From a virus (Duplodnaviria; Heunggongvirae; Uroviricota; Caudoviricetes): DNA of 64,000 nt. The translations under genes were made by a program, and so were the position numbers. Below are positions 29,965 to 38,785 of this stretch, piece after piece (the stretch's first letter is position 1; each line of letters begins with the position of its first letter). The notes below the pieces were generated by a model that did no database searches, had not been told where the DNA came from, and worked only from the letters and a program-made list of their open reading frames with translations. The stretch covers positions 77,223 to 141,222 of IMG/VR virus record IMGVR_UViG_3300033066_001253; one strand, given 5' to 3'.

Positions 29965-30273
29965 ATGGAACGTTTAAATAAATTAATTCAAGAAGCTATA
30001 GTTAATAATAATTTATCTAAAAAAGGTTGTGGGTGTGGTTGTAATACTTGTCATTTAACTGAAAGTAAAGATAAATTCCCTCACGAAGTTAAATCAACTA
30101 AATATTGGGAACAATTATTAGATAAAACTAATGGTATATCTTCAGGTACTTATAAAACATTCAAAAATATAATTGATTCCATCAAAAAACAAAATAACAT
30201 GGCTTCTGATAAACAAATGGAAGAACTTAAGCGTTTAAAGAATGGTGATTGGAAGCGCGGAAGTAAAAATTAA
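29965..30273 (+). CDS. Hypothetical protein with Cys cluster
   Basis: MERLNKLIQEAI...GCGCGCNTC. Confidence 0.6.
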   Translation: MERLNKLIQEAIVNNNLSKKGCGCGCNTCHLTESKDKFPHEVKSTKYWEQLLDKTNGISSGTYKTFKNIIDSIKKQNNMASDKQMEELKRLKNGDWKRGSKN

Positions 30274-30291
30274 ATTTATATATTTATACAC

Positions 30292-30681
30292 ATGACTAAT
30301 ATCTTAGAAAATAAATTACGTACTATGATCAAACAAGAGGTACGTAATATATTAAACGAAGATAATTCATCTGTTATATATAAGATTGAAGGTAAATTAA
30401 TTACTGATACATCCAAAAACAATCAAAAAGATATATTATCAGATATACGTTCAATAGCTGGTATAACTATAGTAGGTACTAAAGAAACAGGAACCGAAAG
30501 AACAATAGTTAAAAATTCTAATTATACTACTATATTAACTATTAAAATAGATCCTCATCCCTTTATAGGTAAAGGTGGTTTTGGTAGAGAAGAAATAATT
30601 CAAACAATAAAAGATATAAAACGAATTAAGGGAGTTCGTAATTTTACTTTAACTAAATCCCCAATTAAAACAACTAACTAA
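30292..30681 (+). CDS. Hypothetical protein with helix tag
   Basis: MTNILENKLRTMIKQEVRNILNE; ATATTTATA 3 nt upstream. Confidence 0.65.
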   Translation: MTNILENKLRTMIKQEVRNILNEDNSSVIYKIEGKLITDTSKNNQKDILSDIRSIAGITIVGTKETGTERTIVKNSNYTTILTIKIDPHPFIGKGGFGREEIIQTIKDIKRIKGVRNFTLTKSPIKTTN

Positions 30682-30688
30682 TAATAAA

Positions 30689-31174
30689 ATGAAAATTACC
30701 GAAGTACGTCAATTAATTAAAGAATCAATTCAAGATTATATTCGTGAAATTGATAAAAAAGGAGATGAAGCAGCAGTAAAAGCCAAAATGGAAGCATGTT
30801 CTGAAGCTATCGAATCTCGTAAGAAAAAAATCGAAATGTCTGAATCATTAGAAGAAATGAAAGACATGGTAGATCCAGTTAAAATTAAGACATTAGGTGC
30901 TGAAATTAAACAATTGGAAAAAAGTTTAGCTAAATATACTAAGCAATTAGAAAAAATGACTGCTAAAAATGCTCCAAAATCTGAAGAAGTTGAAGAACAA
31001 GAAGTAGTAACTGAAGATGAACCAATTGATGAGGTTGATTTAGAAGTAAACGAAACTGAAGAAGTAGAAGAAACAATTGATGAGGTTGAAACTGAAATCG
31101 AAGAAACAGAAACTACTACTTTAAATGAATCTTATATCAGAATGCAAAAATTAGCAGGTCTTATAAAAGGATAA
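30689..31174 (+). CDS. Acidic coiled-coil protein (candidate prohead core/internal protein)
   Basis: MKITEVRQLIKESI...; ends LNESYIRMQKLAGLIKG, like the scaffold C-terminus. Confidence 0.6.
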   Translation: MKITEVRQLIKESIQDYIREIDKKGDEAAVKAKMEACSEAIESRKKKIEMSESLEEMKDMVDPVKIKTLGAEIKQLEKSLAKYTKQLEKMTAKNAPKSEEVEEQEVVTEDEPIDEVDLEVNETEEVEETIDEVETEIEETETTTLNESYIRMQKLAGLIKG

Positions 31175-31183
31175 TAATTAAAT

Positions 31184-31212
31184 TTGGAAGATTAAAAACT
31201 TATAATTATATT
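31184..31212 (+). promoter_or_regulatory. Possible sigma70-like promoter
   Basis: TTGGAA, 17 nt, TATATT; only 2 nt before the ATG, so the geometry is doubtful. Confidence 0.3.
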
Positions 31213-31214
31213 TA

Positions 31215-31760
31215 ATGTATAAATTTTATAAAGATAAAAACGAGAATTTTGAGTGTAATATAGGACTTGAAGGTGCTAGTTTATCAAATGCTCAAGCTCG
31301 TTTAATCCTTGAAAATGAAGAATTTAATCTTGTATTTAATGGTCAAATTGATAGAAGTGGAAAATGTGTTGTTCCTATAAAAAAACTAAAAATTTTAACT
31401 GAAGGTTTAACTGGAAAATTAAAATTAGAAGTAATAGTAGAAGAAGATACATATTTTCTACCTTTTCAAGATGAATTTATAGTTGATGTTAATAAAAAAT
31501 TAACTGTAGAAGTAATAGAACAAAAAGATGTTAAGAAAAAAATAATAGTTGAAGTAAAACAAAATGATGTTTTAAAAATAGTAAGCGAAATATATGTTAA
31601 ATTAAAGAATAAAAATATTAATTTACAGAATATAAAATCTCATTCTAAAACTATTAGTTCTATTGTAGGTGAAACTATTGATAAATATAAAATACAAGAC
31701 AAAGAATTAAAATTAATTCAAGAACAACTACTAAATAAATTAATAAACAATAATGAGTAA
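31215..31760 (+). CDS. Hypothetical protein
   Basis: 181-aa ORF with an Ig-like, beta-rich N-terminal half. Confidence 0.65.
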   Translation: MYKFYKDKNENFECNIGLEGASLSNAQARLILENEEFNLVFNGQIDRSGKCVVPIKKLKILTEGLTGKLKLEVIVEEDTYFLPFQDEFIVDVNKKLTVEVIEQKDVKKKIIVEVKQNDVLKIVSEIYVKLKNKNINLQNIKSHSKTISSIVGETIDKYKIQDKELKLIQEQLLNKLINNNE

Positions 31761-32181
31761 AAGTAACACAAGTGAAAATGATATGATTGGTTTTACCTTC
31801 AATAAGGTATGTCCAGCATGGATGGGAACATTAGCAACAACAGGAAGTGCTAGTTTATATGTAGCATTACATACAGCAGATCCAGGAGAAGCAGGAACAC
31901 AGGCAACAAGTGAAGCAACATATACTTCATATGCTAGAGTAGCAGTAGCAAGAACAGGATCTGGATGGACAGTAACAGGAAATCAAGCATCAAATACAGC
32001 TTTAATCCAATTCCCACAATGTACAGGGGGTACAAATACTATTACTTATGTAAGTATTGGAACTGATTCCTCAGGTGCAACAGAAATTCTATATAGTGGA
32101 GCATTAAATAGTTCATTATCAGTAGCTAACTTAATTCAACCCCAATTTTCAATTGGTGCGTTGGTAGTTCAAGAAGATTAA
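31753..32181 (+). CDS. Minor tail/fibre-base-like protein
   Basis: LYVALHTADPGEAG...SEATYTSYARVAV...N...IQFP...LYSGAL, typical of phage minor tail proteins. Confidence 0.65.
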   Translation: MSKSNTSENDMIGFTFNKVCPAWMGTLATTGSASLYVALHTADPGEAGTQATSEATYTSYARVAVARTGSGWTVTGNQASNTALIQFPQCTGGTNTITYVSIGTDSSGATEILYSGALNSSLSVANLIQPQFSIGALVVQED

Positions 32182-32194
32182 TATAAAATAAGTT

Positions 32195-32332
32195 ATGAAA
32201 TATAAATGTAGTAAATGTGGTTTAGCTGTAATAATATTACCTGAACAACAACCTATAAAAGCTTGTAATTGTGAAGCTGCTATTATAGCAGAAATGTCTT
32301 CAATAGCACAAGGACAGGGAGGGATAAAATAA
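32195..32332 (+). CDS. 45-aa CxxC/CxC microprotein (absent from ORF track)
   Basis: Hand-translated MKYKCSKCGLAVIILPEQQPIKACNCEAAIIAEMSSIAQGQGGIK; fills the gap in the cassette. Confidence 0.65.
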   Translation: MKYKCSKCGLAVIILPEQQPIKACNCEAAIIAEMSSIAQGQGGIK

Positions 32333-32336
32333 TAAA

Positions 32337-33203
32337 ATGGCGGGGTTTGGTAGGATAAAACAACTAGTAGAAGCTCAAGATATAAATGGAGCAACTAGAT
32401 ATTATACTTGGAGAAAATCCCCAACTCAAATTACAACAATTGGAACTTGGTTTGATTTATCAATGAGTCCTGGGAATCCACAACCAAAATACTGGTTTGA
32501 TGCTGCTCCATTAACTGCAGTACAAGTAAAACAATCAACAGATGGAGGAATATTTCATGGAAGTGGGGTATCTCCTTCTAATAAATTTTTACGAAGAACA
32601 ACATTAATATCAACAGTAGCAACTGCACTACCAATGCCAATGATACTTTGTGATTATTTAATGTATTACCCATCTATAGATGAAGGAACAACAGATACTC
32701 AAATTTTAACAAATGGAGTATCTTTACCTAGATATACAGATGGAGCAGGTGTTCAAGTAATGGCAGTATCAGTAGCAGCAAGAACTGGAAATCAACAATT
32801 TTACTTTACATATACTAATTCAGATGGAGTTTCTGGAAGAACAAGTGGTATAATAACACAAAATTCAGTATCAGTAATTGGCACTTTAGTAAATACAGAA
32901 AGAACATTAAATTCTAGTACATCTCCTTTTTTACCACTTCAGAATGGAGATAAAGGAGTAAGATCTATTGAAACTGTAACAATGTTAGGGATAGATGTAG
33001 GTTTATTTAGTTTAATATTAGTTAAACCTTTAGTAACAACACAAATAAGAGGTATAGATGCTCCTGTTGAAGTTGATTATTTAGTAAATAATCCATCAAC
33101 ACCCCAAATATATGATAACGCATTTTTAAATTACATATGCTTACCTCAAGGAACATTAGCTGCAACAGCATTACATGGTGATTTACAAGTATTGATAAAT
33201 TAA
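32337..33203 (+). CDS. Virion-associated protein, paralog A
   Basis: G/T-rich; shares RYxDGAG, YTxSxGxxxRT, PFLPL..GD/SDxG and PxxYDxAxL with the next gene. Confidence 0.6.
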   Translation: MAGFGRIKQLVEAQDINGATRYYTWRKSPTQITTIGTWFDLSMSPGNPQPKYWFDAAPLTAVQVKQSTDGGIFHGSGVSPSNKFLRRTTLISTVATALPMPMILCDYLMYYPSIDEGTTDTQILTNGVSLPRYTDGAGVQVMAVSVAARTGNQQFYFTYTNSDGVSGRTSGIITQNSVSVIGTLVNTERTLNSSTSPFLPLQNGDKGVRSIETVTMLGIDVGLFSLILVKPLVTTQIRGIDAPVEVDYLVNNPSTPQIYDNAFLNYICLPQGTLAATALHGDLQVLIN

Positions 33204-33214
33204 TAAAATAACAA

Positions 33215-34117
33215 ATGGGATTTAGCTCAATGGATGACTTTATAAATAAAGTCACAAACACAGGAAATTTTTTAAGAACAGATTGGAATAAAAACTTTTT
33301 ACCTACAACACCAGCAGTAGCAGGAGAATGGTTTTGTTTAGCAAGAGGACAAGGAAATCCAAACTCAGGTTCAATATATAATACGGGTACTAACTTAACT
33401 TTTCAAACAGCAAGTCTTTCTCAAGATACTTGTGGTGGTATATACCATGGTGGTGCTGTAACAGGAAGTAATATGACTAAACATATAGTAAATGCGTCTG
33501 CATATACTGCTGCAGCTACAACAGCTCCTGCTATATTAATGTTAGTAGATTTAGTAGGTTTTATAAGAGTCACTTCAACAACAACTACGGGTAATCAAAA
33601 TATAATTAATACACAAACTCAATCTAGATATCAAGATGGAGCTGGTCTACAAGCATTTATGTGGGCTAATAACCCAACTCCTTTAGGTGCTGGTACCCCA
33701 AATTTATCAATTACTTATACATCATCAGCAGGATTAACAAATAGAACAACTCCATCAACTTTACCAGTTGGTAAAACAGCAGCAGCAAATGGATTAATTT
33801 TATACTCAGGAACAGGTGTTGGTAAATATGGTCCTTTTCTCCCATTAACGGGGAGTGATACTGGTATAAAACAAATTTCCCAAGTAAATTTATCGGCAAC
33901 ATATACATCTGGTGAATTCTCAATTGGGTTATGTAGACCTTTACTTACAATGCCTATTACTACATTAGGTGTAGCATCTGAAAGAGATTTGATGAATCAA
34001 GTTCCAAGTTTACCAAGAGTTTATGATGATGCTTGTTTAGTATGGTTATTATATAATGGAGCAGCAACTCCCATTAACTCTGCATTTTATGGTCATTTAG
34101 ATTTTGCATGGGGTTAA
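33215..34117 (+). CDS. Virion-associated protein, paralog B
   Basis: Paralog of 32337..33203 with the same motif order. Confidence 0.6.
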   Translation: MGFSSMDDFINKVTNTGNFLRTDWNKNFLPTTPAVAGEWFCLARGQGNPNSGSIYNTGTNLTFQTASLSQDTCGGIYHGGAVTGSNMTKHIVNASAYTAAATTAPAILMLVDLVGFIRVTSTTTTGNQNIINTQTQSRYQDGAGLQAFMWANNPTPLGAGTPNLSITYTSSAGLTNRTTPSTLPVGKTAAANGLILYSGTGVGKYGPFLPLTGSDTGIKQISQVNLSATYTSGEFSIGLCRPLLTMPITTLGVASERDLMNQVPSLPRVYDDACLVWLLYNGAATPINSAFYGHLDFAWG

Positions 34118-34120
34118 GAA

Positions 34121-35329
34121 ATGGCATTAATAGGAAATTATAGTGTTTTAAATAAAACCTGTGGTAGATTCATAGCTGGTTCATCCGTGTCTGATAATAG
34201 ATCAAACTTTAATACTCCAGGAAGTAGCCGAAATAGATATTTCGGCTATGCTAATATTGATCCAAAAAATGGAGTTCCTAATGGTTATACTCCACCATAT
34301 TCTTGGATAATACCATTTAAAGGAGGAGGAATGGCTGTTTATTTAGGTGTTGAAGGATCAGGTTCTATAATAAATGTTAATTTAGCAGGAGGTATAAATA
34401 TGTCTTCTTCTTTAGAAGGAACAGGATCCTTATCAAATGCTAATTTATATGCATTAGGAAATATAATATCTTTATTAGAAGGAACAGGTTCACTATCTGC
34501 AGATATTACTGGTAAATTAGAAGCATTATCTAATTTAACAGGATCTGGAAATTTAACAGGAGATTTAGGAGCATTAGTAAGTATACTTTCTAATATATCC
34601 GGAACCGGTTCATTATCTGGAGACATAGCAGGTGCTTTATATGCTAATGCTAATTTAGAAGGAACAGGCTCCATAAATTTAGCTAATCTAATAGGAGTAT
34701 TAGAAGCAGCTTCAACTCTAGATGGAATAGGATCATTAACATCTGCAATTGTAGGCATATTTCCAGCATATGCTACAATAAATGGAACTTCTGCAGTAAC
34801 TGCAAGTATAAATGCTCTAGCAGAATGTGTTTCCTCTATAATAGGATCGGGTTCAATAACAAATGCTCTTCCATTTGCAATTGGAAATATGAGTGCATCA
34901 ATAACTCCATTTACAGAATTATCACCTCAAAATTTAGCAGCTGAGGTTTGGAACTCAATAGCAAATGATTTTAATACTGCTGGTACAATGGGTTATAAAT
35001 TAAACGCAGCTAGCTCAGCAGGTGACCCATGGTCAACTTCATTACCAGGAATTTATGCTTCTGGAAGTGCTGGATTTATTTTAGGAAATAAATTAGATAT
35101 AGCAGTTTCAGCTGTTTGGGATGAATTAAAAACAGACCATACAATAACAGGAAGTATGGCTGAAAGATTACAAGATATACATGATGAATCTTTTGGTAAA
35201 TGGGTTTTAGATCCAACAGGTCAAACTTTAACTCTATATAAAGCAGATGGAGTTACAATTCTTAAAACATTTAATTTAGGAAGTACTACAGATAATGTTC
35301 CTGCATTTATATCAAGAACACCTCAATAA
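34121..35329 (+). CDS. Gly-rich repeat fibre-like protein
   Basis: About 8 copies of a ~19-20-aa repeat centred on (L/I)xGxGS(L/I). Confidence 0.6.
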   Translation: MALIGNYSVLNKTCGRFIAGSSVSDNRSNFNTPGSSRNRYFGYANIDPKNGVPNGYTPPYSWIIPFKGGGMAVYLGVEGSGSIINVNLAGGINMSSSLEGTGSLSNANLYALGNIISLLEGTGSLSADITGKLEALSNLTGSGNLTGDLGALVSILSNISGTGSLSGDIAGALYANANLEGTGSINLANLIGVLEAASTLDGIGSLTSAIVGIFPAYATINGTSAVTASINALAECVSSIIGSGSITNALPFAIGNMSASITPFTELSPQNLAAEVWNSIANDFNTAGTMGYKLNAASSAGDPWSTSLPGIYASGSAGFILGNKLDIAVSAVWDELKTDHTITGSMAERLQDIHDESFGKWVLDPTGQTLTLYKADGVTILKTFNLGSTTDNVPAFISRTPQ

Positions 35330-35637
35330 TGAGTATAATTACAAGAGGATATGGAAGTAATAATCTTATAACTCAAGGTTATGGAGGTTACTTACAAGTA
35401 GTAGCAAAAGTTGTTTTTGGAGGTGGTGGTAGTTATTATGATAATTACAAAAAACTTGATAAAGAAGAAAAAGAAAAATTTATAACTTTAACTTGTATTA
35501 TTGGAGATAAAAAAATAATACAAACTAAAAAGAAAAATAAAAAAACAAAAGTAACAGCTAAAAATATAAATTTAATAATAGATGATATCTTAAAAGAAAT
35601 AAATATATCTATTGATGATTTGAAAAAATATAAATAA
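35329..35637 (+). CDS. Hypothetical protein
   Basis: IITRGYG/LITQGYG duplicated N-terminus; basic C-terminus. Confidence 0.55.
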   Translation: MSIITRGYGSNNLITQGYGGYLQVVAKVVFGGGGSYYDNYKKLDKEEKEKFITLTCIIGDKKIIQTKKKNKKTKVTAKNINLIIDDILKEINISIDDLKKYK

Positions 35638-35647
35638 AATTAAAGAT

Positions 35648-35716
35648 ACGGTTTAGGACCGTTATAGCTATGGCTATATAAACCACTCCAAAGTGTCGCT
35701 ACCAAGGAGTGGTTTT
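35648..35716 (+). ncRNA. Candidate structured RNA: three tandem hairpins, the last terminator-like
   Basis: ACGGT/ACCGT (35648-62), TATAGC/GCTATA (35663-78), AAACCACTCC/GGAGTGGTTT (35680-715) with a 16-nt loop; GC-rich relative to flanks. Confidence 0.5.
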
Positions 35717-35733
35717 CTTAATCTATAAAAATC

Positions 35734-35762
35734 GTGGTAATTCTATAAACTATTCTTATATT
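35734..35762 (+). promoter_or_regulatory. Sigma70-like promoter variant for denV
   Basis: GTGGTA, 17 nt, TATATT; TCGTGG context shared with the site at 52167. Confidence 0.45.
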
Positions 35763-35785
35763 TATATAAATTAAAAATAAAGTAC

Positions 35786-36148
35786 ATGACACGTATAAAT
35801 GCAGGCGTTAATCCTATAGAATTAACAGACAGACATCTTCTAGCCGAAGCTAGAGAAATAAAAAGAGTACCAAATTGTGTATCTCGTGGTAGATATAATT
35901 TAAAAAATACACCTAAAGAATTTACTTTAGGTAAAGGTCATGTTTCGTTCTTTTATAATAAATTAAAATATTTAAAAGATAGATATGAAGATTTATATAA
36001 AGAGTGTAAAAGCAGAGGATTTAACGTATCTTATTGGGGTAATGCTTGGGATGATGTACCTCAAGAATTAATGAATGATTATATTCCTACTGATAGAGAT
36101 AGAGAAATTATTAGACAACGAATTAAAGAGAGATTAGATGGAAAATAA
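35786..36148 (+). CDS. denV: Pyrimidine-dimer DNA glycosylase (T4 endonuclease V)
   Basis: MTRIN...ELTDRHLLAEAREIKRV...FTLGKGHVSFFYNKLKYL..RY..L..EC..RGF. Confidence 0.92.
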   Translation: MTRINAGVNPIELTDRHLLAEAREIKRVPNCVSRGRYNLKNTPKEFTLGKGHVSFFYNKLKYLKDRYEDLYKECKSRGFNVSYWGNAWDDVPQELMNDYIPTDRDREIIRQRIKERLDGK

Positions 36149-36281
36149 AGATCAAATAAAAACACAACTAATAGAATTATTAGAACAACAAATAATGGAT
36201 TTAACATTAATGTCTAAAATTGAATTAGGAGATGATGTAATTGAAGAAATTAAACGATTAAAAAGTATTATAAATGAATAA
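36138..36281 (+). CDS. 47-aa hypothetical protein (absent from ORF track)
   Basis: Hand-translated MENKDQIKTQLIELLEQQIMDLTLMSKIELGDDVIEEIKRLKSIINE; overlaps both neighbours. Confidence 0.6.
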   Translation: MENKDQIKTQLIELLEQQIMDLTLMSKIELGDDVIEEIKRLKSIINE

Positions 36282-37599
36282 AAAAATAGTTTACATTGGA
36301 GCAGGAGTATCCACACAATATGGAGTATTACACTTACTAAAAAATGGATATGACCCTTCAAAAATAATAATCATTGAAAAAGGAGATTCAATATATACTA
36401 GAAAATCAAGTGAAGTAATGTCTGGAGCTGGGGGAGCAGGAACCTTTTCAGATTTTAAAGTATTACAATCTTGGACTCAAGGAGGAATATTCTCCCCAGA
36501 ATATGTATCTCAAGAAACAGCTGATAGATTAGGTAAATTAGTTGAAGGTTATATTCATGAATATCATCCTGATCCTTCAAAAATAATGTATACTACTCCT
36601 GAAGAAATACCTCAATGGTTACAAGATTCTCCTTTTGATTTAAAACAAGCTCCTTGTTTTCATCTAGGTACTGATTATGGTCGTCAACAAGTTCAAAATA
36701 TATTTGAATTATTTGATAAAATGGGAGTTACTCAATATTATAATACTGAAGTTATAGATATTGATTTTGCAAATAAAATAGTAAAAGTTAAATTCTTAAA
36801 AGAAGAGGTTGTTGAGGGAATGGGTTATAATTATGATTTTGATTATGATAAAGTAGTTTTAGCAGGAGGTAAATCAGGTGTTGATTTTCTTGATAAATTA
36901 ATTAAAAAATATAATTTAAAAACTAAACCAAGAGCAGCCCAATTAGGAGTAAGATATGAAACTGATGGAAAATATTTTGAAGAATTAACTAAGTTTGCTT
37001 ATGATTTTAAATTATATAAAAAATGGAATAATATTTCAGGCCGTAGTTTTTGTGTAAATAACTATGCTGCATTCGTCGCTCCTGAATTAACCTATGGAAA
37101 ATTATCTTTTAATGGACATAGCCATAAAAACCCAGATAAATTTAATGGGTTATGTAATTTTGGAATCATGTTAGAAATTAAAGATGAAATAGAAGATCCA
37201 TTTAAATTCAAACAAGATTTAGTTTCATTTTTTAATAAAGATGGTAAATCAGCTTGTTATTCTCCTACTAATAGACAACCATCTAAAACAGATGATGGAG
37301 TTGAAATGCCTTGTTATCCTACAACCTTAGAACATTTTAAAGAAGGATATGGAAAATATGCTGATTTAATTTTAGAATATATAGAAGACTTAAATAAGGT
37401 ATTTGGAATTAATAATGATTATATAATTTATTTACCTGAAGTAAAATTTATATCTAATACAATTATATTCAATAATAAAGATTTTTCATTATTAGATCAT
37501 CTAGATGTTCATATTCAAGGTGATAATGGAATGAGCCGCGGAATTTGGATTGCTGCAACTTCAGGCTTATTTGTAGCAGAATCTCTCCTCTCCTCATAA
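36274..37599 (+). CDS. FAD-dependent oxidoreductase (COG2509-like)
   Basis: IGAGVS Rossmann motif, IIEKG, SGAGGAGTFSD, HLGTD, GVRYE, RSFCVN, C-terminal GDNGMSRGIWIAATSG. Confidence 0.8.
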   Translation: MNKKIVYIGAGVSTQYGVLHLLKNGYDPSKIIIIEKGDSIYTRKSSEVMSGAGGAGTFSDFKVLQSWTQGGIFSPEYVSQETADRLGKLVEGYIHEYHPDPSKIMYTTPEEIPQWLQDSPFDLKQAPCFHLGTDYGRQQVQNIFELFDKMGVTQYYNTEVIDIDFANKIVKVKFLKEEVVEGMGYNYDFDYDKVVLAGGKSGVDFLDKLIKKYNLKTKPRAAQLGVRYETDGKYFEELTKFAYDFKLYKKWNNISGRSFCVNNYAAFVAPELTYGKLSFNGHSHKNPDKFNGLCNFGIMLEIKDEIEDPFKFKQDLVSFFNKDGKSACYSPTNRQPSKTDDGVEMPCYPTTLEHFKEGYGKYADLILEYIEDLNKVFGINNDYIIYLPEVKFISNTIIFNNKDFSLLDHLDVHIQGDNGMSRGIWIAATSGLFVAESLLSS

Positions 37600-37666
37600 T
37601 ATTTATACCCATGGAAACACAAGAATTCCCTGAATTTATAGAAAATTTTTAAACATAACCAAAACA

Positions 37667-38164
37667 ATGAGTAAAGACACATTAGTATCACAAGTTAAAC
37701 GAATCATGGAAAATGATGAGTTAAATGAAATGGCCCAATTAACAGGTGCCTTAGAAGCAGCAATTAAAGCAGTAATTGAAGCCAATCCAGATCTAGAAAA
37801 ATTAGCATTAAAAAAAGCAATTAAAGCAGATGCTGATGTTAAATCAGCTTTAGGTGATCAAGAATTATATGATAACCAATTAAACCGTTTCATTGATTTA
37901 GCTAAAGGAGACAGAGAATTAGGTCAACGTGGTCGTAAACCTGGTTCAGGCAATGCATCAGTAGGTAAATCAGCAGTAGATAAATTTACTCAAGGTTTAA
38001 CAGCTGAATATACTCCAGAAGAAAAATCATTTATTCAAGATATGTTTGCTTCTGTAACAGATGATGATGCTGATGTTCCTATGGAAGAAGCTGAAACAGT
38101 TGAATTAAGTGAGTCATTCAAACGTATGACTAAACTTGCAGGAGTTGGAGTTATTAAAGGATAA
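37667..38164 (+). CDS. Candidate internal head protein
   Basis: ELNEMA; ends LSESFKRMTKLAGVGVIKG. Confidence 0.6.
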   Translation: MSKDTLVSQVKRIMENDELNEMAQLTGALEAAIKAVIEANPDLEKLALKKAIKADADVKSALGDQELYDNQLNRFIDLAKGDRELGQRGRKPGSGNASVGKSAVDKFTQGLTAEYTPEEKSFIQDMFASVTDDDADVPMEEAETVELSESFKRMTKLAGVGVIKG

Positions 38165-38186
38165 ATAAATAAAAACTTATATTTAG

Positions 38187-38219
38187 AGGCTTGGAGAAAT
38201 TCAAGCCTTTTCTTATATT
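38187..38219 (+). terminator. Intrinsic terminator overlapping a sigma70-like promoter (repeat of 23654)
   Basis: Identical 25-mer AGGCTTGGAGAAATTCAAGCCTTTT; TTGGAG, 17 nt, TATATT. Confidence 0.7.
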
Positions 38220-38225
38220 TAATAT

Positions 38226-38756
38226 ATGAAAATTACGCTAACTTCTACACACTCAACAGGAAAAACCACACTGGTTAAAGCCTTGGCTGGATTACCTGAA
38301 TTTAAAGACTATCAAATATTTACTGAACGTACTAAATATCTTAAAGATAATTTAAATGTTAAGTTAAATGATGATAGTCAATTAGTATCTCAGTATATAT
38401 TTGCAGGTGAAAGAGCAAAAGAATTACACTCAGGATCTAATTTTATTAGTGATAGAAGTATATATGATGTAGCAGCTTATACATTAAGTGCTAAATCAAT
38501 ATCTAAATCTGATAAAACATTAATGATTAAAGGTTTTACTCCATTAATGAGAGAATATGATTATGTATTTTATATAGATCCAGTTGGTGTTAAATTAGAG
38601 GATAATGGCCTTCGTTCGACTAATTTAGAATATAGAGAACAAATTAATCAAAATATATTAACATTACTTAGAACATATCCACCAAAGAATCTTTTTTATA
38701 TTTCAGGTACAACTGAAGAACGTATTGAACATATTAAAGAGACATTATTTTCGTAA
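38226..38756 (+). CDS. P-loop kinase/ATPase (AAA_28, NadR/dNMP-kinase-like)
   Basis: STHSTGKTT Walker A variant; ISDRSIYD; YDYVFYI; EDNGLRS. Confidence 0.75.
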   Translation: MKITLTSTHSTGKTTLVKALAGLPEFKDYQIFTERTKYLKDNLNVKLNDDSQLVSQYIFAGERAKELHSGSNFISDRSIYDVAAYTLSAKSISKSDKTLMIKGFTPLMREYDYVFYIDPVGVKLEDNGLRSTNLEYREQINQNILTLLRTYPPKNLFYISGTTEERIEHIKETLFS

Positions 38757-38785
38757 TATTTATAATTAAACAATTAAATAACTGA

